In this document: in pieces, positions 1 through 10,300 of the stretch
Layout of the letters: every line of letters starts with the position of its first letter
How positions within the stretch are numbered: the first letter of the stretch is position 1
Source of the DNA: a virus
Virus record (IMG/VR): IMGVR_UViG_3300005805_000045
Location: 64,001 to 128,000 of that record
Direction: 5' to 3' (one strand)
DNA: 64,000 nt
Notes under the pieces: model-generated
Databases searched by the model: none
What the model saw: the letters and a program-made list of their open reading frames with translations, nothing else
What the model was told of the DNA's origin: nothing
Program-made: the position numbers and the translations under genes

Positions 1-124
1 CAGTCAATTCATCTACGACAAACTGCTCTAAGATTCTATGTGAGATATACGCAATCTCAGTGTTCGATATTTCTTTCAGAGAAACAGGAGTTGTTAAACT
101 GTCAGCCTTGAGCGGTCTTGCCAT
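1..124 (-). CDS. Partial hypothetical virion protein (N-terminus only, runs off the window edge)
   Basis: ATG at 124 reads MARPLKADSLTTPVSLKEIS... open to position 1; follows gene 141-593 in the same operon. Confidence 0.6.
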   Translation of the reverse strand, partial: MARPLKADSLTTPVSLKEISNTEIAYISHRILEQFVVDELT

Positions 125-140
125 ATTCTAAAACCAATCT

Positions 141-593
141 TTATGGATAAATCTGATTATTATTTACATCGAAAATTTTCAGCATGGGAAACCAATAGTT
201 TCTCGTTCCATTTGTCATAAGGACTTGATTTGCTGATCCTGTTGTTCCATTATTTGCATGAGTCTGAATTGAATTTACGTTGATGTTTCCTGTAAATTTC
301 AGGTTTCCGTTGAACGTAATATCAGTGGTATTTGCTAGTGCTGCATTAGCCTTAGCAAAAGCCGCAGTGGTGTTGGCGTCAACAAGATATGTGTAATAGT
401 TGGCTGAATTGGCTTTAGCAAAGGAAGCACTTGTGTTGGCATCAACAAGATAGGTGTAGTAATTAGCCGAGTTTGCTTTACCAAATGCGTTTGCTGTCAA
501 TCCATCATTTTGATCTAGAGAAACGATAACCTGATTGGTTCTTGTTCTCCAAGTATCAAATGTATCTGTAAGTGCTACGTTTGCTAATGGCAT
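141..593 (-). CDS. Small tail-fibre/virion protein with ANSANYY repeats
   Basis: N-terminal VALTDTFDTWRTRTN motif typical of T4-like tail proteins; AFxKANSANYY repeats; late promoter upstream. Confidence 0.65.
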   Translation of the reverse strand: MPLANVALTDTFDTWRTRTNQVIVSLDQNDGLTANAFGKANSANYYTYLVDANTSASFAKANSANYYTYLVDANTTAAFAKANAALANTTDITFNGNLKFTGNINVNSIQTHANNGTTGSANQVLMTNGTRNYWFPMLKIFDVNNNQIYP

Positions 594-623
594 TTTTGAG
601 TAAATCCTTTACGTGCTTTTTTG

Positions 624-631
624 TATTTATC
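624..631 (-). promoter_or_regulatory. T4-type late promoter (GATAAATA)
   Basis: 1 mismatch to TATAAATA, about 30 nt upstream of ATG 593. Confidence 0.55.
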
Positions 632-698
632 TAACATAAATTAAAACATTATCAGAGAGTCTATGCACGGTTGTTTCTGATGATGTTAGTCTATACAT
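627..698 (-). pseudogene. Truncated copy of the tail-fibre chaperone gene ([23 protein letters not shown])
   Basis: First ~17 codons nearly identical to the start of 2168-2602 ([19 protein letters not shown]), then truncated. Confidence 0.75.
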
Positions 699-712
699 TG
701 TTGTTCCCTTTT

Positions 713-2158
713 TTAGAGTTCTGCTGATGCTGTGTAATGAATATACCATTTGTCGTTGTAGTTAAATTGATCACTATAAGCAACAGCCTTTGTTTGTCCT
801 ATATTAGTTCCACCCACCGCTCTATTTAATGTGCTTGTATAAAAAGACCCGACAGTACCGTCCGTTGAATATGTCGTTAGTGTTGGAACTGCCCTCATTG
901 TTACAGGATAAATGAAATTTACGCCTGCCCAGGAAACACCAGATGTTGCATACCAAGATGAGCCAGAATATGAACCATTATATGTTGATGTTCCAGGATT
1001 TGTAGATGTGTCGTAACTTTTGTTATAATACCTCTGACACAATGCTAACTCAGTTCCAAGAGGTCGCACTTCAAATGGTGTGGCCGACGGTCCTGCTTCT
1101 AATTGAACTTGAGCAATATCAAATGTTCCTGATCTTTGACCTAGTGAATTGGTACGAGAGTTGAAGTTGGAACCAGCATCCAACCAAAAATTGACACCCA
1201 AATAGTTAGCATTAGCAGAATCTACAGTTTTACCAGACACACTTGGCAAAGTAATAGTTGTATTAAATTTTTGCCATGATGATGTCAAAGAATATGTGGT
1301 AACATTTATACCATTAGCTTCTGCTGATCCATTGGTGCCGAAGTTTTGAACAAACTCAACAGCAACATTCTTTGATGAATCAGCTTTGGCATAGAAACTT
1401 AGTGTAGCGACCTGACCAGCCAATGTTTTGACCGACTCAACTCTTTGTCCAATATAGATTCCGTTTGCAGTACCAGTAGAACTGATTGTGTTTGCTCTGT
1501 AGAAGTAGTCTGGTTCAAAAGGAACATCAGTTTGACCATGAGTGAATGTTTGTCGTGAAATGTTTAAGGTTGGTGATCCTGTCTTGACGTTGATCCAACG
1601 ATCTGCAACATATTGACCAGACACGACGTTAGTATTGCTCGTTTGCCGTTGCCAAAAATCAAATTCACCGTTGATGATCTTGTTTCTGAAAGACTGGACA
1701 GGACTTATATTTGATCCTGCAATCGTGACACTGTTGTTGGTTATAACAACACTTCCAGTACCAACTCTCAAATTTCCAGTAACAGCCAAATCAGATGAAA
1801 CGTTGATATTACCAGACACGACCAAATTGCTGTTGACATTGATTGCATTTGCAAATGTACCTCCACGAGATGCAGACACGGTATCAGAGACAGAGAACAC
1901 TCCATACACAATGATCTCAATCAGATCATCTGCTTGTGCGCCTGATGCAAGCACGACAGATGTGAGTGATGTGGCTGTATAATCTTCGATCTTTTGTAGT
2001 AATACACCATTCAGGTACACGTCCACATATTCACTGTCTGTATATTTGAGAATTAATCCATAGATATCAGTGCCAGAGAACGTCGTCTGTCCTGCTGTTG
2101 CAGTGTAATGGTATCTTTGTCTAACCGATTGCTGTGGACTATTTCCAATGTATGGCAT
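713..2158 (-). CDS. Tail fibre / receptor-binding protein with a carbohydrate-binding-like C-terminal module
   Basis: MPYIGNSP..YTATAGQTTF N-terminus; FRNKIINGEFDFWQR, QVQLEAG, ELALCQRYY and MRAVPT motifs typical of phage tail fibres. Confidence 0.8.
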   Translation of the reverse strand: MPYIGNSPQQSVRQRYHYTATAGQTTFSGTDIYGLILKYTDSEYVDVYLNGVLLQKIEDYTATSLTSVVLASGAQADDLIEIIVYGVFSVSDTVSASRGGTFANAINVNSNLVVSGNINVSSDLAVTGNLRVGTGSVVITNNSVTIAGSNISPVQSFRNKIINGEFDFWQRQTSNTNVVSGQYVADRWINVKTGSPTLNISRQTFTHGQTDVPFEPDYFYRANTISSTGTANGIYIGQRVESVKTLAGQVATLSFYAKADSSKNVAVEFVQNFGTNGSAEANGINVTTYSLTSSWQKFNTTITLPSVSGKTVDSANANYLGVNFWLDAGSNFNSRTNSLGQRSGTFDIAQVQLEAGPSATPFEVRPLGTELALCQRYYNKSYDTSTNPGTSTYNGSYSGSSWYATSGVSWAGVNFIYPVTMRAVPTLTTYSTDGTVGSFYTSTLNRAVGGTNIGQTKAVAYSDQFNYNDKWYIHYTASAEL

Positions 2159-2167
2159 AATCTTCCT

Positions 2168-2602
2168 TTATCGTGTTGATGCGACTCTGAAAAAGTCATC
2201 AATGTCTTCCTCAGATGCACCTGAAGCAGTCATAATAAAAATCAATAATGGATTAGTACGCATATATGTATCTGCTGCAAAGTCTGTTTCTGCTTTGATT
2301 CTATCTTCTTCAGTCATTTGAGAAAAGATTTGAGATACTATACCAGGAACATCTCCATACTTTGTCATATTTAGAGCTTCTTGAGCAGTGATAAGAGTTC
2401 TTTCACGAAGCTCAATTGCACATTGACGACGAGTGATTGACTGTGGAACTGGTGGTGGAGGTGGCACATAGGGTTCTGGTTCATTACCCTCGGCTAACCA
2501 TGCAAGGTATTCTTGATAGTCACGATTGCCACCATCAAAAGGAATAAAAGCATTATCAGAGAGTCTGTGCACTGTGTTAGGTGATGATGTTAGTTTATAC
2601 AT
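2168..2602 (-). CDS. Tail fibre assembly chaperone-like protein
   Basis: [23 protein letters not shown] and VPQSITRRQ...IDDFF motifs of Tfa-like chaperones. Confidence 0.7.
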   Translation of the reverse strand: MYKLTSSPNTVHRLSDNAFIPFDGGNRDYQEYLAWLAEGNEPEPYVPPPPPVPQSITRRQCAIELRERTLITAQEALNMTKYGDVPGIVSQIFSQMTEEDRIKAETDFAADTYMRTNPLLIFIMTASGASEEDIDDFFRVASTR

Positions 2603-2613
2603 TGTTTATTCTC

Positions 2614-2643
2614 TACGAAGTTGAACGAAGTTATACGAAGTTG
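2614..2643. repeat. Three tandem 10-bp units with core ACGAAGTT
   Basis: tacgaagttg aacgaagtta tacgaagttg. Confidence 0.9.
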
Positions 2644-2804
2644 TTTTTAGAGTTCTGCTGATGCTGTATAATGACCATAAACATAATTTCCTGATCATTA
2701 CCAACTGGGTAGTCAAGAGTATAGCTTGTTCCACCATTACCTGTTATGGTTTGTTTGCGAATGACTTTATAGTTTGCTGCTGGTATAGAACCAAGATATG
2801 CCAT
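2631..2804 (-). pseudogene. Internally deleted tail-fibre gene relic
   Basis: Starts MAYLGSIPA..TITGNGGTSYTLDYPV (tail-fibre N-terminus), joined out of frame to NYVYGHYTASAEL* (stop at 2647-2649), matching the C-terminus of 713-2158. Confidence 0.75.
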
Positions 2805-2819
2805 TGTTCTATGAAATCC

Positions 2820-3059
2820 TTACATGTTATTCAAAATGGTCTTGAGGGTTGTTACATTTGTGGCAGCATCAATTTGTGTCTGAATCGCATCATATTTATT
2901 TCTTATCTGCTGTCTTTCTGCCTCTGCTTCTTGTGCAGATTTACCGGGAATTTGTTTAGCAATGATGTCATCTAATGGAGCAAATTCTTCTGCTCTTTTG
3001 GCTCGGCGGTTTTCGTGAGCAATAACTTTGGCTTTGGTTAGATTGATCTTGATGCCCAT
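2820..3059 (-). CDS. Small tail-fibre-associated protein
   Basis: IKINLTKAK..HENRRAKRAEEFAPLD motif seen beside phage tail fibres; coupled to upstream gene. Confidence 0.65.
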   Translation of the reverse strand: MGIKINLTKAKVIAHENRRAKRAEEFAPLDDIIAKQIPGKSAQEAEAERQQIRNKYDAIQTQIDAATNVTTLKTILNNM

Positions 3060-3247
3060 TACTCGTACTCCCAGGCATTTCTAAATGTACGATCTGATGG
3101 AACTTCAGACACATCAATGATCTGAAATGGTTTACCAGCAGGGACATCTTTAGCTGCAATCTCTTCAATCGTCATAGCACATTCTGGTGCAGGAACTATC
3201 ACTGCAACACCACCATCATCTGTAGGATATATAATTCTTTGGTTCAT
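3059..3247 (-). CDS. Small tail-fibre-associated protein
   Basis: IEEIAAKDVPAG..PSDRTFRNAW motif; GGAG RBS. Confidence 0.7.
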   Translation of the reverse strand: MNQRIIYPTDDGGVAVIVPAPECAMTIEEIAAKDVPAGKPFQIIDVSEVPSDRTFRNAWEYE

Positions 3248-3257
3248 TGTTTCTCCT

Positions 3258-3731
3258 TTAGCGGAAAAAGGCTACATTAAAGTAAGTCGAATCTGCATAT
3301 GCAAAAGTATCATCTCGTGCAAAACTAAGAATCCTAATTGATCCGGTTGATGGCGCAGCGTTGTTTTGTGTGGCTGCAATTTGAACACCTGTGCACACTG
3401 TTGAATAATTAGCATCCGGCATCGCATTAGTAAAGTTGACCGTATAGTCCCCAGTACCGTTGTCCGTGATGCTAGACACATTACCACTACCTCTGATGGC
3501 AATTGTGCCAGTTCCATTGAAGTTCACCCAAGCACGGACACCATACATCGTTGCTGCTGAACCGTATCCTGAGTTAGCTTTCAGATTACCAGTGATTGCT
3601 GTGTTTCCGGCAACATGCAGTTGTTCAGTAGGGCTACTTGTCCCAATCCCAATTCGATTATTGGAACTATCAACATAAAGAGTGTTATCACTGTCTGCAA
3701 CTTTACTTAATCCAAAAGCTTTACTGACCAT
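3258..3731 (-). CDS. Short tail fibre protein
   Basis: RIGIGTSSP repeat and RAWVNFNGTG..NVSSITDNGTGDYTVNF domain. Confidence 0.75.
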   Translation of the reverse strand: MVSKAFGLSKVADSDNTLYVDSSNNRIGIGTSSPTEQLHVAGNTAITGNLKANSGYGSAATMYGVRAWVNFNGTGTIAIRGSGNVSSITDNGTGDYTVNFTNAMPDANYSTVCTGVQIAATQNNAAPSTGSIRILSFARDDTFAYADSTYFNVAFFR

Positions 3732-4063
3732 TATGTGATCTCCAGAATGCTCATAATGACATCAGCAGAATTGGCTGTGTCGGATTTGACGAGAATGCGA
3801 TCACTTGTCTCCAGCACAACTTTTTGATCACCACCCACAATGACAAGAGTACTACCTGATGGAACTGGCGCATCTTTAATCAAGTGTGTGTTGCTTGATC
3901 CTGTGTCTAATGTGGCATCAACAAAAATCTGTCCAGTGGTTTTATTTGCGACTGATAGACCAATTACCGTCACTTGCGTTGCTGCACCTACAGTATAAGA
4001 ACCCACCGAAGCAAAGGTATTGCTCACATTTGTTGACAATTTTCGTTTAAAAGTATTTGGCAT
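3731..4063 (-). CDS. Virion structural protein (tail-associated beta domain)
   Basis: MPNTFK..GGDQKVVLETSD..DVIMSILEIT pattern common in T4-like tail clusters. Confidence 0.65.
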   Translation of the reverse strand: MPNTFKRKLSTNVSNTFASVGSYTVGAATQVTVIGLSVANKTTGQIFVDATLDTGSSNTHLIKDAPVPSGSTLVIVGGDQKVVLETSDRILVKSDTANSADVIMSILEIT

Positions 4064-4069
4064 TTTCCC

Positions 4070-4639
4070 TTATCCTAGTGCTATAGCAAGAGCCACTGCT
4101 GCTGCTAATGCTGAATTTGCTGCATCATATGCAAAAACTGCAATTGTATTTACTGTATTAGCCCTATCAAAAGCTGCAATTGCTATTGTATTTGCGATAG
4201 CTGCTGCATAAGAGTTGGCACCTGAGCCCACCTCTGTATTAGCACCTGCAATAGTAGCAGCAGCAAAAGCATTAGCTCCAATGCCCGTGTTATACGCTAA
4301 GAGATTAGCTGAGTTTGCTTTATCAAATGCTGGTCCAACATCAACAGAACTGTTGATTGTAATCTTGTCATTAATAGCATCACCAACGATAGTGATTCCT
4401 GATCCTGCTTCAATAGTTAAAACATCGCTAGCGGAATCTGCAACAACAAGTGTACCATTTGCATTGACTGTACCAAAAGCATTACCGCCAGTGGTATTGA
4501 AAGGAAGAATAGTTCCGTTAGCGTGTTTATAGAATAGCTTGCCGTCAGAAAAATTGATAGCCAACTCGCCGTTTGCAAGCGTTGTTGGTTGTGCAGAAGG
4601 GGTTGATGATTTTTTTAGTGCAATTACTGTGTTAGCCAT
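4070..4639 (-). CDS. Tail protein with Mtd/hyaluronidase-like N-terminal anchor
   Basis: IALKKSS..P..LANGELAINFSDGKLFYK; ends AVALAIALG. Confidence 0.65.
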   Translation of the reverse strand: MANTVIALKKSSTPSAQPTTLANGELAINFSDGKLFYKHANGTILPFNTTGGNAFGTVNANGTLVVADSASDVLTIEAGSGITIVGDAINDKITINSSVDVGPAFDKANSANLLAYNTGIGANAFAAATIAGANTEVGSGANSYAAAIANTIAIAAFDRANTVNTIAVFAYDAANSALAAAVALAIALG

Positions 4640-5106
4640 TAAAAGTCATTTACCGTTTCTGTTTCAGGCAAAGAGACTTCTGTTGACTCTTCCTCTGCCT
4701 GCACTTTTGAAATTTCTTTTTTCTTCCTATTTATGACAGGCTTTGAAGTTAGTTCAATTAATTTACTTTGTAAGGAAGCAATTTCTTCATTTTTACTCTT
4801 CAATTCAAGTTTCATTTGTCCCATTTGTGACATCAAAGTATCCATGTGCGCAAGTTTATTTTGCATTGCTTTTATGGAATCAACATGAGATTTTGCAGTA
4901 TCAAGTTCAGTTTGTCGTTCATTATTAACTTGAACTAAAGATTCAATTTCAGATGACAATTTTAGAATCATTTCATCTTTTTCTTTAAGCATATCTGTGG
5001 CAACCTTTGCTTGTGCTAGTGCCTGAATATACTTAATATTCAGTTCGTTAATTGTGGTTACACAGACATCGATGTATGCATTAACATATTTGTTTACATC
5101 ACTCAT
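4639..5106 (-). CDS. Coiled-coil hypothetical protein
   Basis: 155-aa heptad-rich ORF within the operon. Confidence 0.65.
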   Translation of the reverse strand: MSDVNKYVNAYIDVCVTTINELNIKYIQALAQAKVATDMLKEKDEMILKLSSEIESLVQVNNERQTELDTAKSHVDSIKAMQNKLAHMDTLMSQMGQMKLELKSKNEEIASLQSKLIELTSKPVINRKKKEISKVQAEEESTEVSLPETETVNDF

Positions 5107-5126
5107 ATCATTATCCTTATATTAGT

Positions 5127-6587
5127 TTAGAACGTACCACCATCCAACATTGCAAATTGAGGAACACCAGAAGCATCTGCTTGTAGAACTTGTCCTTCTG
5201 TGCCTGCCGAGGTAACTTTCAGAGCACCTGTTGTATTGCCATATAGAATGCCATTTTGAGTAACAGAAGTTCTACCAGTACCACCATAAGCGACAGATAT
5301 AACATCAGCATTCCAAGTACCAGAGATAATTGTTCCAAGACCTGTAATACCTGAATAGTCACCCGTTAGTCTTGCTGAAGGAACTGTACCAACAGTCAAG
5401 AATGATGCATTACCTGCATTTACGTTAGCTGTATTTGCTTTATCATATGCAAGAGATGCTATGATATTTGCTGTATTTGCTTTATTAAATGCTGATGTAG
5501 TATTAGCGTCTACTAGATATGCATAGTAATTTGCAGAGTTTGCTTTATTGTAAGAATTTGTTGCAATATCTGTTGCAGTATTAGCTTGTGTAAATGCTGA
5601 TGTAGTATTAGCGTCTACTAGATATGCATAGTAATTTGCAGAGTTTGCTTTATTGTAAGAATTTGTAATCCAAACAATCGCATTGGTACCACCGAGATTT
5701 AGATTGCTTGTACGAATGTCAGCATTTAGAACGGAAAGCGAGAAACCATTTGCATAAGGATCAATGTGATTATTAAAAGGTTCTTCATCATATCCTTGGA
5801 ATAGATAATATTCTTTTGTAACATGCTCTCTATAAAGACCAGTATGTACGTTTGAACCTGTTGCATTGACATAATTTGCTATGAAACCAATATCAACAAT
5901 ATCTGAAGTGTAGTTATTACCTGCAAGATAAAGAAGAGGATCAGAAATAACAAGAGTTGAAACGTTAGCAAAAATAGTATTACCAGTGAGCGTTAATTCG
6001 CCTGTAATAGAAAGATCACCAGTAATAGTACCACCAGTTAGTGGCAACTTTGTGTTTGAGTTTGCATAAGCAGCTATTGCAATATCTGTTGCAGTATTAG
6101 CTTGTGTATAAGCAGAGACAGCACGAACGTTAACAGTATTGGCAAAATTGAATGCAGCAACAGCATGATCATTAACAGTGTTTGAAAAATTAAATGCAGC
6201 TATTGCATTTGCATCAATTAGTGAAGCATAATAGTTTGCCGAATTGGCTTTGTTAAATGCATCAATAGCAATTGTTCTGGCTGTATTAGCTTGTGTAAAT
6301 GCCGCTGTAGCGTTAGCATCAACTAGGTATGCATAATAGTTGGCTGAATTTGCTTTATCAAAAGCCGCTGTTAGAATCGCAGAATTTGCATTTGCATTGT
6401 TATAAACGGATGCAAGAACATCAATGTAATATTTACCACCAATCTCTATGACATCATCACCAGCAGCATTACCTATAAATGCTTTTCCAGAGACGTATGA
6501 ATATGCTGGTTCAGCTGGTGAGAGTGATCCAGGTGCTGGTGCTGTTGTAGAACTTGATCGCTTAATCTGGATAATAGTATTAGACAT
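5127..6587 (-). CDS. Tail fibre protein with ANSANYY repeats
   Basis: IIQIKRSS N-terminus, KLPLTGGTITGDL, VAYGGTG and C-terminal LDGGTF. Confidence 0.75.
   Translation of the reverse strand: MSNTIIQIKRSSSTTAPAPGSLSPAEPAYSYVSGKAFIGNAAGDDVIEIGGKYYIDVLASVYNNANANSAILTAAFDKANSANYYAYLVDANATAAFTQANTARTIAIDAFNKANSANYYASLIDANAIAAFNFSNTVNDHAVAAFNFANTVNVRAVSAYTQANTATDIAIAAYANSNTKLPLTGGTITGDLSITGELTLTGNTIFANVSTLVISDPLLYLAGNNYTSDIVDIGFIANYVNATGSNVHTGLYREHVTKEYYLFQGYDEEPFNNHIDPYANGFSLSVLNADIRTSNLNLGGTNAIVWITNSYNKANSANYYAYLVDANTTSAFTQANTATDIATNSYNKANSANYYAYLVDANTTSAFNKANTANIIASLAYDKANTANVNAGNASFLTVGTVPSARLTGDYSGITGLGTIISGTWNADVISVAYGGTGRTSVTQNGILYGNTTGALKVTSAGTEGQVLQADASGVPQFAMLDGGTF
5486..5666. repeat. 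Exact 76-bp direct repeat, period 105 bp
   Basis: 5486-5561 is identical to 5591-5666 and encodes TNSYNKANSANYYAYLVDANTTSAF twice. Confidence 0.9.
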
Positions 6588-6588
6588 T

Positions 6589-6825
6589 TTAGAACGTTCC
6601 TCCGTTTACAACAGGCAGTACCTTTATAACGTATTTTCCACTGTCTGCATCATAAACGAGTGTTTCATTATTATCAGAATCACTGGCATCTACATCCAAA
6701 AGAGATGAAAGATAGTTTACTTGAACTGTTGGAGCAATTCCCACTGTTCTTACTTCTGTCCTCTTTGACTCAGAAATAGCTATTCTATTTTTTCCAGTTG
6801 AATTTATTATTGCTTTGATTGCCAT
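6589..6825 (-). CDS. Small virion protein
   Basis: LSSLLDVD..NETLVYD motif; ends NGGTF like the neighbouring fibre. Confidence 0.6.
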   Translation of the reverse strand: MAIKAIINSTGKNRIAISESKRTEVRTVGIAPTVQVNYLSSLLDVDASDSDNNETLVYDADSGKYVIKVLPVVNGGTF

Positions 6826-6830
6826 TTATT

Positions 6831-7169
6831 TTACTTTGTTACTTGTGGTAGTATATTTATTATTCCTTCTAATACTCTTGAGACAACATTTGCTTGATCG
6901 ACAGTCTTAACATCAAAAAGATAGCGACCTGGCTTGATATTAGCTGTCTGTCCAGAAGTCATAGATAGTGTGATTTCACCATTTGATGCATTTGTTATCG
7001 TACAAGTTATGTTTGCTGCGGCATTCACTGAATAATATGATCTTCTCAATTGACTGGTCACTATATAATTGGATGCATTGATGGCTGCATTACTCAAATC
7101 ATCAGTCAAGTTGATGATGTTATTGAATGTTGTTCCTTGGTCTATGAAAAGTTCTACGAATGCTGCCAT
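6831..7169 (-). CDS. Baseplate/tail adaptor protein (BppU-like Ig fold)
   Basis: LFIDQGTTF..GRYLFDV..RVLEG motif typical of T4-like phages. Confidence 0.65.
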   Translation of the reverse strand: MAAFVELFIDQGTTFNNIINLTDDLSNAAINASNYIVTSQLRRSYYSVNAAANITCTITNASNGEITLSMTSGQTANIKPGRYLFDVKTVDQANVVSRVLEGIINILPQVTK

Positions 7170-7367
7170 TTACTTGATTAGTCCCTTGAGTAATTGCTTG
7201 ATTTCTTGCATGTCTTGTCGTAAGTTTGCAACTTCATTTTCAATATTGTCTACTTTCTTCTCACGCATTTTTTTTCTTTTATATGCCTGAAGGGTATTTG
7301 CATCTTTATTGATGAATACGCCTTCAGATACTTTAAAGATTCCTGGAATTTGTGTCTTCTCAGCCAT
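7170..7367 (-). CDS. Small coiled-coil protein
   Basis: Small gene commonly downstream of VrlC-like genes (LRQDMQEIKQLL). Confidence 0.6.
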   Translation of the reverse strand: MAEKTQIPGIFKVSEGVFINKDANTLQAYKRKKMREKKVDNIENEVANLRQDMQEIKQLLKGLIK

Positions 7368-7376
7368 TGTTTTTCC

Positions 7377-10300
7377 TTATATTTGCAAAGCAATAACTCT
7401 GAGATCAGCAACTTTAGGAATAATCGCACTATTTGTTCCTAGTAGTCCAACTTTAATTTGGAAAGACTTGAACCCAGTGAAAGTAATCCCTTGACTATTT
7501 ATGTATTGGAACTCTCCACCAGCATAATTGACTTCATTAGCAGTGTACGCAGGAGCAGAAAGATAAGATGCTGGTACACTAAATGTGAACTCTTTGAAGT
7601 CACTCTTATTGCTTAGAGAAGAATATAGTCCGTCTCCACCAAAACTCTTTTCAAGTTCAATCCAAGGTCTTGTCTGCAATGTGTCAGTGTCGCTTCCATT
7701 TAGCACCTTCAACCAAATTCTTATGTCTGTGCTTGGTGGACGATAACCAGTAATGTATACTTTCAAATCTTCTGCAACACCAGCAGGGCCATCGTCCAAA
7801 GTAACGACCTTAGAGATGTATTTGTTAAATAGTTTACCACCTGTTGGGTTAGTCTCATCTGTAGCATCATTGTTAATTAGATTATCGACAATGATGGATT
7901 GTGTTTTTTTCAAATCAAATACAGGAGACAGATAATTCGAAGATGTTTTCATGGTCACACGTACTTTGCTTGATCTATCAGAAGATAGATAGGCAATTTC
8001 ATTTGATCTTGAATACATTGCCATTTCTTTTTCAAATTCAAAATTTTCAGAAGGATTAAATGGTCTATATGCATAAGTTACAAGTTCAGGACCATATGTA
8101 TTTGAATATGATGCAAGCTCAAATGATTGTGATGCTTTATTGAAATCAATTATAGCAGGTTCGAAATCAAGAAGTGTATATCTCTGATTTCTGATTGATT
8201 CAATTGATGCAGAACCTTCATCTGAAATATCATAAACAACATCATTAGCGGTGAAGTTGCCACTTGAATTTGTAAGAATCATATATGTGGCATTCGCAGC
8301 TTCTTTATAATATTCTAGATTTCCTCTGCCGTTATTAGCAGTAGCAATAGTTGCTGTTCCTTTAACAGCAGCATTTCCACCATATCTCACTGTTGCTGTT
8401 TCACCAGCAGAATAACGAATATTTGACATTGTATATGTACCAGAATTTATGCTAATAACTCTGGAATTTATTTCTGAATTTGATCCTACAATGAAATCAT
8501 CTAAAGCTATGGTAGTACCAGAATAGCCTGAAAGAGTAATTCTTTCGCCTGTTATAATGGGATCACCAAATCCTTCAATACTTCCAACAATATCTTTCAA
8601 GTAGATTTTTTCTTTTGGTTTATTTCCAATTTCAAAACTACCAGACGACACGAAACTAGCACGATACCATTTGCATGTTAGATCGACTTGATCTAATGGT
8701 ACCCAGATCGCATCATTGTTTGTTGTATATGTTGTGCCCGTATCAAGTCTTCCTGTTATAGCTTCACCAGTGTTTCTATCTGGCTGACCTATTTGACTAA
8801 TCCAGAAATAATAATTTGGATTAGTTGCTTCAGGATGAATTACGAATGCATATGAACGATCTGAATACAAGAAAACAGGAGCATCAAACGTAACTTTTAG
8901 TCCATTTGTTCTTCCATCAGATGAAATTGGAACATCTGCATTTTTGAATCTCTTGTATGATAACGGTACCTGATTAAGAGTAATTCCTTGACCAGCGTCC
9001 ATTTCACGAATTTCAAACCAAACTCCTAGAGTTGGATGTTTTTCTGCACAAAAGACTTCAACAGAAGTTATGAATATGCCTTCTTCTCCATCAGGAGCTT
9101 TGATTGGCAGAGCATATGCAAGGCATGAGCTTGATTCTGTAGGCAATGGTGGAAATGTAGCAAATGTTGAGCTGTTTCTTGTTTCCGCTGTAGGGAATTG
9201 TCTAACCTCAGTTTGTCTTGTAGACAAAATTGTGTCTTGTTTTGTTTGTCTGAGTCCTTCAGCAAAAAACGTTTTCTTAGCAAATGTTGTTTCTACTGTT
9301 TCTGAATTAGTAGGACTATCAGTTACTTTAACTAATTTACTTCCAGTTTGGAATTTTAGATTATCAGTGTTTGGAAGATATAGTCTGAACCAGCATACAC
9401 CAGACTCATTAGCATACAATGCATCGCCCTGATCGTACGTCCAACTTGTAACAGTATCTGGAGACAAATACTCTGCTTCAGTTGTAGGTCTTGTATAATC
9501 TGTCATATTAATGCCGTCAAAATACACATAGAACCTTGCATATGGTTTCAGACCAGTCACATTACATTTCAATGTTTGAGCACGAATATAGGGAATGAGT
9601 TCAACGTTAACAACTCTAGTTCCAAATGATGCTGTATCTGCATCGTTAAAGTTGTAAAGTTCTGATCCTGTTCGATCTGATCTATACAATGTTTCAACTG
9701 TTGAACCATTTTGCTGAGTTCTAAGTGATTGTGCTACTTGATCAGCAGTTGCTTTATTTGAATATGTGCCAACTAATTGTCTACTGGTACCTGTTCCTCT
9801 GTAAACTTTATAACCTGTAACAATTGTTTGCCAAGCATTCCATATGGTTGTTATGTAAGATCCTTGTGTAGCATCTTCCATACCATCAATATTAGCATCG
9901 TTCAATGTGATTGTATTTGGAGGAAGAGTAACTGTATCGATCCAAACATCTTCGATAGGAAGAATATCTAGAACACCAATAAATCTATATGTCGATTTTT
10001 CAGTGTTTAGTGTTCCTGTTGCACTTTGAACGTTAGCATACACAACTTCAGAATAATCAAGTGTGATAATATCGACAGCATTGTTTTGTCCACGTCTAAC
10101 ATTTGATCCACTGAGATAATCATAATCAATAGACTGCATAGAATATACTGGTCTAATTGATTTCTCTTTTGGATCAATAACGATACGATAATCAGGATCA
10201 TAAGTTGCACCAAGAGCATGATCGTCAAAAGTATCTACGAATATGCCGTTTTTAAATCTATCATTACCATTTTCGTCTAGAATCAAAAGATCGAGTGCAT

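Noticed and set aside
627-2804. Diversity-generating retroelement TR/VR pair at the tail-fibre C-terminus
   Set aside because: Homology is short, differences are not adenine-specific, and there is no reverse transcriptase in the window; duplication relics explain it
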